A stretch of DNA of 45,718 nt, counting the filler, from Sphacelaria rigidula (lineage: Eukaryota), in NCBI GenBank assembly GCA_964200075.2. It is 2 parts of 2 records of this genome, joined end to end, with 100 filler letters (N's around TTAATTAATTAA, not from the genome) between each part and the next. Parts side by side here need not be neighbours in the genome. Positions count along the whole stretch, not along the records: positions 22,921 to 45,718 come from CAXNAA020000308.1; 1 more part is not named here. One strand, given 5' to 3'. The notes under the pieces are model-generated. The model was not told the origin of the DNA. It did no database searches and worked only from the letters and a program-made list of their open reading frames with translations. Below, in pieces: positions 36,601 to 45,718 of this stretch; positions within the stretch are counted from its first letter, which is position 1; each line of letters starts with the position of its first letter. The position numbers and the translations under genes were made by a program.

Positions 36601-39600
36601 CGGGGGAAGGAGACTGAAGGCGTTTATCGCATTAGACGGAGTTCTTGTACCCCCCCACCACATAACGAGTAGAGCGCGAGAGTTGGGTGCGCTTGCGTGT
36701 ATTTCCACTTTTCCGGAGGATAAGATTGTCCATGCTGAACCCAGTGATGCTCATTCTGGTCGCCGTACACTCTCCTGCAGACAGCACATGAGTTCTGCAG
36801 TCAGTGGCAGTCCGATGAACTCAAGTTGTGTTGAGCTTGCGGATACGCACCAGCTGGTCCAGCCTAGGAACGGATTCAAGTTTTCAAAGCAACATCTCAT
36901 CGACATAGACGACTTGGACCGTGATCCGCATATCGTATTAATCTTCAATCCAAGGGGAAAACGCCCACCTGCTCTCTATTCTGGGATTTTTTTTTCCAAT
37001 TATGGAACGCCATGTTGAGTAATTCCTGTACCAACGTGTATATATATATATAGGTCCATTTTCAACTCTATATGAAACCCTAAACGATGCGTGCAGCAGA
37101 TACCAGATACTGGTGTGGGCATTCCGTGGAGCACGGTGAAACGATCGATACCCTCTCCACCTAGTTCACTATCTGTCTCGAGATATGGCGCACATAAGAT
37201 TCCACACAAGAATCAATACATTACGAGCAGAGGCACTAAATACACTAAATCTGGATTTCGCGTCTCAGCTTTTGAGAGGTATGCCTTGAAATTTGGGATG
37301 GAAAAAACAGAAAAAGCTCCAGCTTGTTAGTTTTATATATTTGCGTCCCGTCGTCTCAAATTAAGAGCAGGAGTTCCATCACTGATCTTCCTCATTTTTT
37401 CATTTTTTTTCGTATTTTAGAGGCTTCTAATAGAAAAATTGACGTCGTTCTTGGCCCTTATCACAGTTTTAGCTCAATTTTTAGAATCGAATTGAAACTT
37501 GGCATGGAGGATCGATCGCAAAGACATGCTGTAAATAAAAAAATGTGTACCTCCATGTTTTTTTTGAAGAGTTGAGGAAGTTGTCGTGAGAAAATTGTCT
37601 ACCACACTAGATCGTCATTAGCTCATGAAGAAATATAAAAATCAACGTGTCCCATTCTTTCGATTCATCATGCCGTCCCTGTCCAGGTCCCGCTCAAAAG
37701 TTCAAAACAAGAGTGTACCAAAAGTGGGCCGATAAGCTGCCTGGGAAATACTATCTCGAATTTCGATTGGCCCGGTTTCTAGTTCCCCCCCCCTCACCTC
37801 AACTTTGAGAGTTGGACTTTCAAATTTGGTACAGAGAATGAAAAGGGCATAATAAAAGAATCGGAGGATGATGAGTTTTTTTTCCCATGAGTTAACGGCA
37901 TCCACTGAAACATGGATACTGATTATTGCCTTTACCTCGTGGGGAACAGAAGTCACCGTCCCGATTCTTCTATTATGCCCTACTTATTCTCTGTGCCAAA
38001 TTGGACAGTGATAGTCCAACTCTCAATGGAGGTGGGGCCTACAAACTACAAATTTGCGTCTAGGTCGGACCAGCTCGTGGTACACTGTGGTTTGCTGTAT
38101 ACCGTGTGGCATGCTTAGCCGTGCACGGATCTTGAAACGTATATGTTCACGACGACGTACTAGGTTGCTGTACCACACGCGGGTACGATGAGCCCCAGCA
38201 ATTCGTGTAACACGTTGGACTCGGGCCACAAAATAGCTCATGTGACTCGATTCATACTGCTTTTAATTCCGTATTGCTTCATGACTCCTTCTAACCATCA
38301 TCCCCCTTGGGGACAACATCACCGCGTCCTCTCCCCCATCAATTTCAGCGGGCGGGAGGTGTTTACCCATCGTGCTTGCCATTTGCGGTCCGACAGCAAT
38401 GAAACTGAACACGTGACCTGTACCGATAGGATGCCCACAACGTGCTCTAACTCTTGATTTTTTCCACTTTCCTTGATGGGACTGTAGATCTACAGAATAT
38501 GTTGTTCAGTACCCTTATCGAGTATTTACTGGATTTCAAACGGCCATCAGCACCTTTTATTCAAGTACCAATGACCATGTCCCTCAACAAGCACGAGGCA
38601 TTGTCACCCCACCGTGCTGCTCCGTGAGTCCTCTCGCCACTACCGTATTCCCCGGGAATACCATCAACGCATCTCCCCTAACTTTCTCTGCGGAAACGGG
38701 GTGTCATGTAACGTTGGGGCCATTTACGGCCGGTCAACTGTGACCATGTAACCGGTACCAAGAATAGCATATAACCTACCCTACGTAGCGACTCCCCCCG
38801 TTTTTCTTCACGGGACTTCGAATACGCCAATGAAGATATTGAGTCATATCCTCACTACACGATTTCATAATCCACCATTAGGACCCCGTCAAGTACGATT
38901 GACGGTGTACATAACAACGTGAGTGGTCAGTAGATGCAGACACCCGGGAAAGATACTTGTTCATAATCTCAGTATAGGGATCGTCTGTCGATGATGAATG
39001 ACTGTGCTGATCACTCAAGCATACTTCCTGATTTTGGACCATCCACCCCCTCCTCCCCGACGATAAGACCATATCCCGTCCACAAACATCGTCACTCGGG
39101 GAGTGTTATTTGGCGTATAATATCCGTTTGCGGGCGGATGACACCATGCTTCCAAACCCATGGAAGGTACGAAAACATAGACACCCTAGATAGTCCTAGA
39201 ACGGTCAAGGGAACCACCGTTCACTTGCGGGAAGCCAAAACGATGGATATGATCTCCGGCGACGGCTGTTCCCCCCCCCCTAGAAAAACTATAGGGCCAA
39301 CCACATGAGACGTCACAAATACTCGGAATATATTTTCTTGAGAGTCGTACGTGCCATGCACGATATCGAGGACTCTTGATGAGGTCTCGGACGTACTTAT
39401 GAACAGCCAAAACAAAGTGAAGCAACATTAGCCTGCATGGTCTTCCATTCAAATGACTGGGTCAGGACCCGTCGGTCCACGTGCTGAAACTGAAACTCCT
39501 TTCAGTGTTTGCCAAGCCGGACTTCACTCAGTTCGACCGCAAGTTTCTCCTGCAGCTACTCATACGGTAGTAGCACAGATGCGATTTTCGGGCTGCACTT

Positions 39601-42600
39601 TTTCATAGCTCGCCTTGAATACGCCGAACTGGTATTATCGACTGCACATCAGCAATTTTCCAGTCAAAGCAGGGATATCGCAAAAATGCTTCTCGCATTC
39701 CGTGTCTGCGCCAGATTACCAGTAAAATGCCCCCCCCCCCCTCGATTTCATCCAAAATTGGGCTCGTGAGATTTTGACCTTGAACGCGGAAATGGCTTCT
39801 GATGCAGAAACAAGGAAATTCGTCGGGTTTGACTGTGTGCGCCACAACCTCCTGCATTGATTGATGATGATTGGTGATTTTTGCACTTTAACTGACCCCC
39901 CAGGGGTCCAGCCGTGCATTACACTTGAATAACGGAATTTGACCCAAGAGGCGAAAGTAGGCTGTGCCAGATGGACATTGTATGGGTACATAGTATATAC
40001 TGAATGTAGTAGGTGGCAAGGCCTCTCGGAGGCTGTGGATGGAAACCCATGACTTGGATGCAAACTAGCGATAATCTCCGCCCCAATTTTTTTGTAATAT
40101 TATACACTGCTGTAGTTTGATCGCAACGTGTGCTAGTAAATGGCGATGAAAGAAATGGACGGTCGTCCTGACGACGCTGGTGCTATCGAATGGCTTGCAA
40201 TCACTGGAGTCAAACTCGTCGCTTGTGTCATCATGTACACCATGACTCGAGCCGTACTCGTCTTGGTATTTCCAAAATGAAGCCTGTCCTGTACAGAGGG
40301 CTTGGCACCTCTTCAGTGTATCAAACTCTAAGCAGACACGAGTAGGTTTTTTCGGATATGCACTGATCTTTTGGAGGTACCTTCTCTTTCACTTGTATCT
40401 GATCGGGATGCGGCTTGAACATACAGCGTGGAGTGAAAGAATTTGGGCCGATCTTGGGTCCTATATTTGGGGAAAGTGGACACCGACACCCTGTCTCTGC
40501 AAGACGTGAACCCTTGGATGAGCAAATCAGTATCGATCTCAAGTATACGCGGATATCGACCATGCTCACACAAAATGGGCACAACATCTTGACATCGAGA
40601 TAGACTTTTGTACTGAAATGTGAAATTCAACCAGTCAGAGGCCCTTCAGTGAAGACTCGGCGGAATCTAGCGCCAATGAAGTGCGACCTTCGTAGTGTCC
40701 TCTGTCGTGAAAAATGCTTGTGATTGGCTCGCACACTCGAGTCACACCTGCAGTCCACGCCGGGACGGATAGAACAGTCGCAGAGAAACGTAGCTGCAAG
40801 CAGACAAGCAGACAGCGAGTGGTACATTGCCGCCACAGTGGGTCATTGCGATGCTCTTGGGTCGGTATATCCCCATCTTGCTAAAGCTGGTTGTGCCTCT
40901 CCGTGACCGCGAGAGCTGGCGCGGATGCCAGCGGAAGCGGCCGCCATGCTGACGGGTGCAAGCAGTACCCTGGCGGTACGGTTTATCCGCACTATGCCGT
41001 GCGTTGCTCCTTTCATCGGAGCACGGGGTCTGGCCCAGCCGGTCAAGCGGTGTATACCGGCGCTGGTTGCATGTCTTTACCCAGCCATGCCTGATATTGC
41101 GCAAATAATGGGTGTCAAGTGTGTAGACCGCACTGCGCCCCGACTGTGATACTAGATTATACAGGAAGACGAACACAACAGTGCAGCAGCACCTCAAGCG
41201 ATCTCAGCGCAGACCAAACCGTCTTCGCAAGGTCTAACACGACACACCACAGAACAGTGATCGCTACAGCACATCTTAGAGCGGACGTGAACGTGTTTGT
41301 GCTGCAGTACAGTGAAACAGGATATGTTCCATGTATCTCAGTTCTTCTGCTGATTTAAACGGGTCCTCAGTCTTTGTCGGGTTCCGGTCTTGAACGCTCG
41401 GCCACAATCGCGTTTCGCACAAATAATTTAATTCACTACAGAATCATTCCCATGTACGGGTCCTGTGCCACAAAATGTGCTACTACGGAGTATTACTGAA
41501 CTACATTCTACAACAAACCTGTGACTGACATTGCAGTACATCTGTACACAGTCACAACGGGAGAATAGAAGCTGCTGCTCGTATGGTTGTGCCCCCCTCG
41601 TGGCAGTATATGGTTGTGCCAATCTTTCAACGCGGGTATCTCGGCAACCAAGCAAGGGATTGGACTACAATTTGTAACGTGTGCTTCCCACACACCCAAA
41701 CTAGCGACGTATGTACAGTAAGATATATCCTTCACGCGTCCCACAAACGCTGAACGCTACCGAAATTGACCAAAATGCACGAAGGAGGCCCGTTCTCCCC
41801 CGTTTGTTTTGTTGATTCGAATCCTCTACGGCGATTTGAACGAAGGTCATACATATTTCACTAGCTTCTGTGTGTACGGGGCGCTGTAGAGGGTCACAGG
41901 CCGGGTGGCTTCCTGTGCCGACATAACCGCGATGAAAGCACTGCAGTCGTCGTATACTATAACCAAATTAATTGAGGACGAAGCCTTTGCCCTATTTTAA
42001 TCAGCTAAACAGCTCGGGACAGCTGATGACGTGCCAATGTTTCCTCCGCGGTATTCGTTTTGTTAGCCTTGCGGCGCATATTTGGTTGTTGACGTCGTCA
42101 TTCACCCACATGACACTGTATGGAAGTTCATTTTGTTGTGGAAGATTATAGCTCTCTTGTAGAGCTGGCGGGTGAGAATGGATAATCCATTCTCCAGTCA
42201 CACGGCAGTATGTACGTGCTTCGCATGAGGAAATTTAGAAACGTGTCGTTCATGGGTCGAAATTGTTGTACACAGCTGTGGAAAAATTTTGGTCTTGATT
42301 TTGTCAACCGGTGAAGTGCGGCTCTGCGATATATTTTAAAACAAAGCGATGTAGAATGAGACAATATATTAATTTTGGTATAGTTTTACCTCAGTTTGGT
42401 TGCTGTTCGGGATTTGTTGGGGGTGGATTATTTGTTTGTTGGAAAAAGGGAACGCAATGTAGACTTTAACGGAGTCGCCTTCAGAAGCAAAAACCAACGT
42501 TTTCCCTCACTTAGCTCTTCACCCGGAGAACTTTTTTTTTAATTGTGGAACAGATCAAGTCAATCGACAGCACTTCGTTTTTGCGTCGGCTCTTTGTGGC

Positions 42601-44634
42601 ACACTGATAATGTGCTCATATGGCGCTCCAGGTTGCCCCCGTCATATGTTTCAACATGAGACATCTTTTAGCTTGCCCCAATATTATGGAGATTTCGGGA
42701 ACACTCGTTGTCGTAATCTTGATGGTGCACGTTAACCCGTAGACAAGGTCTGGTTACCCCGGATCTTGTTCGATCGCGGGTCTAGATATAAGAGCTACTG
42801 TGATCTGGCCCAAAACAGTGAAATTTTCGCCAGTGTTTTTTGCCCTGGTACATGATAAAAACGTCACACGAGAGTGCAGTGGCGTGCATGGACACAAATT
42901 GACACTGCAGCAACCACAAGGTCAACCCTTTTACCGCCCTAACGCCTTCTTGAATAAAAAAAATGCTCCAGTTTTGGAGAGGTGGATCGTCCTATTTGCT
43001 TTTGGTAGTAGGACAACATTTGTGGAGAGAAAACCGTTGCTCCGCGTACGCCTAGAGTCTTAGCACGTCGCCATCTGATGCCCCAACCCGGTATAGGTGA
43101 CGGCGGTAGTAGTACAGGTGGCCATACTCCCTCACGGTGAAGATTTCGGCACAGCCACAACGGTTCATCAAAGATGCACTTTCGTTCCTGACTCATGGTC
43201 GGCGGCTGTTGCATCTCTAGTTGCTGAGGCTATCCGTATTGTGCCTGCGCTGACCGGTTCGTAGTCATTCAGCACCCATCTATGCGTACAAGGGTCCTTC
43301 TGAAAACTCGCGGAACTGTCGGTGCATGAAACGCCGGGATGGTGATCATTGAGGGTCGCGAGCTATATACGGTAGCACCCAAGCATGATTGTTGCAAGAT
43401 GCAGTCGATCTCTTCGCGATTTGAATAATGAACCTTCGAACCTGAGGGCGTTCAGGCACAGGCGAATCTAGATGGTGGTTTGACATTCGCTCTTAGATGA
43501 CTGCCTTGAAAGGGGTGGACTAAGATACGAACATGTTTAATTAGGCGACGGGTGTGCGGTCTTGAATATTTTTGTTCCGTGTTCCGAAATGTGGGGACAT
43601 TCGACACTCTGTCTCGCCTCGAAACAGGAAACTAGACCATTTGTTTTGAATATTTCGAGAGCTCGAGTTTTGGTTAAGTTTCGTGTAGAAATGACTCGTT
43701 GCATCAAATTGCCATTATTATGCGCACTCCTAACCAGTTCATGAATGCCAAAACAATGTGACAACGATGTTCCCCTGTTCATTTATTCCGTATCAGCGGA
43801 GTGCCAGACCGCGGTCGGGCACTGTACAGTCTGCAGGACTACGTCGTCGCTTATCTTTTCCCATGATTTTCCCGTCCGATGAGTTCGAGTATGTAATTGA
43901 GCGACAACCCTCAGAGATTCCTTGCATGCCTGGCGAAGAACTGGCCGAGCACATTCGTTGCAATCAATTCCTCCAATATGCACAGTGTGGGAACTGCACA
44001 CGTATTTTCGCTTGCCTAGCTTGTGCCCCAGCCGCGTTCATGTATTTTTCGCAAGCGTACATGCAGAGACGATTTTTCCAACATTCACGTATATGTAGGT
44101 ACGCCGAGAGTGTTTTTTTTGTTATATTCCGTGGTTGCAACGATATGGGATCGGTCCAATGTGCACCCATAAATAGTGAGTGTCCCATTGCATATTACAG
44201 GTCGCTTCGTCCGGTATTTTCAGCTGTTGGCGTGATGATTGCAAATTGCTCACGAAATTCATGGTTGCACGTCCGCTTCTTGTTTTCCGCAGTATAAGCA
44301 CATGGAGCTCACCATTCTCCGATGACATGGTCCAGTGGCTATGCACGAATTCACCTGCTATGGGCACCCCTCTGTCGGAATACGCACATGCACGTGCCAA
44401 TCATGACTCGTCGTTGGTCCCTCACGTACAGTAACGAGAAAAACCTCGATCCACGACTGTGCATCCATGAATACTGCAGTGATTTTCCCTGTTCAGGCAA
44501 GGGCCGAAGACCTTTCAGTTTTTGTTGCCCACAAACTGGATCTCCTTGCGCCTTTTCCCGCCCTGGTTGATGTTGCAAAGCTGATTTTGCTCGGTCTTAC
44601 AGTTGACATTTGACTCCAGTTACTTATTTGTCAG

Positions 44635-45718
44635 CATAATGTGCCCCCCATGATTTCTCTCCGTTTACCCGTTAAGCCATTACCGAGTTCTACACCAGTT
44701 CCGGGCGAATCGGAGGCGCCGGCACCTGCACCAGTTGCATCGGAAACGCCGGCACCAACAGCAGCTCTGGATGAACCTGACACCACAGAACCGACTCCGC
44801 CGCCAACAGTAGGTATCGTTGATCCCGAGACGCCGCCACCAACAGCAACTCCAGTTGAACCGACTCCAGAGCCTTCGCCAGCCCCAACGGAGACTGCACT
44901 TGATACCGAGACACCGCCGCCAACAGCAACTCCAGTTGGACCGACACCAGAGCCTTCGCCAGCCCCAACACCAGCTGGAGTCGAGGTGGAAACCCCAGAA
45001 CCGACACCGGCGCCAACGGCGACGGCAGTTGATACCGAGACGCCGGCACCAACACCAGCCGAGGTCGAGGTGGAAACCCCAGGACCGACTCCGCTGCCAA
45101 CGGCGACGGCAGTTGATACCGAGACGCCGGCACCAACACCAGCCGAGGTCGAGGTGGAAACCCCAGGACCGACTCCAGAGCCTTCGCCAGCCCCAACGGA
45201 GACGGCAGTTGATACCGAGACGCCGGCACCAACACCAGCTGTGGCCGACGTGGAAACCCCAGGACCGACTCCGGCGCCAACAGTAAGTGCAATCCTTCCG
45301 TTAACGCCGGCACCAGCACTAGCTGAGATCGAGCTGGAAACTCCAGGACCGACTCCGCTGCCGACGGAGACGGCACTTGACACCGAGACGCCGGCACCAA
45401 CACCAGCTGTGGCCGACGTGGAAACTCCGGGACCGACTCCGCTGCCGACGGAGACGGCACTTGACACCGAGACGCCGGCACCAACACCAGCTGTGGCCGA
45501 CGTGGAAACTCCGGGACCGACTCCGCTGCCGACGGAGACGGCACTTGACACCGAGACGCCGGCACCAACACCAGCTGTGGCCGACTTGGAAACCCCGGTA
45601 CCGACTCCGCTGCCGACGGAGACGGCAGTTGATACCGACACGCCGGCACCAACACCAGCTGTGGCCGACTTGGAAACTCCAGGACCGACTCCGCTGCCGA
45701 CGGAGACGGCAGTTGACA
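44635..45718 (+). CDS. Large exon encoding a mucin/HRGP-like Pro-Thr-Glu-Ala tandem repeat (unit ETPAPTPAVADVETPGPTPLPTETALDT), open at the window end
   Basis: The frame starting at 44635 has no stop to 45718 (missing from the ORF track because it is unterminated). 84-bp period (45385, 45469, 45553). Candidate acceptors precede 44635, 44677 and 44699. Confidence 0.8.

Noticed and set aside
40724..41149. Two same-frame ORFs separated by one TGA (40904-40906), possible selenocysteine readthrough
   Set aside because: No CxxU/UxxC-type motif, no recognisable selenoprotein and no SECIS identified.
42748..42790. Helitron 3' end (hairpin + CTAG)
   Set aside because: The hairpin is imperfect, abuts the CTAG directly and is not followed by T.
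44631..45655. Long minus-strand ORFs (336 and 321 aa) and the Gln/Arg-rich plus-strand ORF at 44819
   Set aside because: Shadow frames of the tandem repeat; the Pro/Thr plus frame has the typical composition and upstream splice acceptors.

Overview
Eukaryotic genomic DNA of roughly balanced GC content, rich in transposon relics and poor in genes. The short exons, long TE-filled introns and repeat types suggest a brown alga (Phaeophyceae); that assignment is inference. Most entries in the ORF track are noise. The window holds: (1) a decayed RTE-clade LINE (APE endonuclease plus RT) on the minus strand at ~1830-5130; (2) a ~490-bp imperfect foldback at 7051-7541; (3) a multi-exon plus-strand gene A of unknown function, whose better-supported exons (8993-22040) I chained by splice signals and reading phase, with introns carrying antisense tRNA-derived SINEs, a perfect 44-bp-arm hairpin and inverted repeats bracketing the last exons; (4) an artificial scaffold linker at 22821-22920; (5) weakly supported exons of a convergent minus-strand gene B, interleaved with retroelement remains, a 401-bp tandem duplication and a CAGGG-terminated MITE; (6) three phase-compatible 5' exons of a plus-strand gene C at 31980-33674; (7) a Pro/Thr/Glu-rich 28-aa tandem-repeat coding exon that runs off the window end. 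I found no clear-cut new multi-gene system. The best leads are the structured repeats, an HDV-like pseudoknot at the LINE 5' end, and the orphan gene A.
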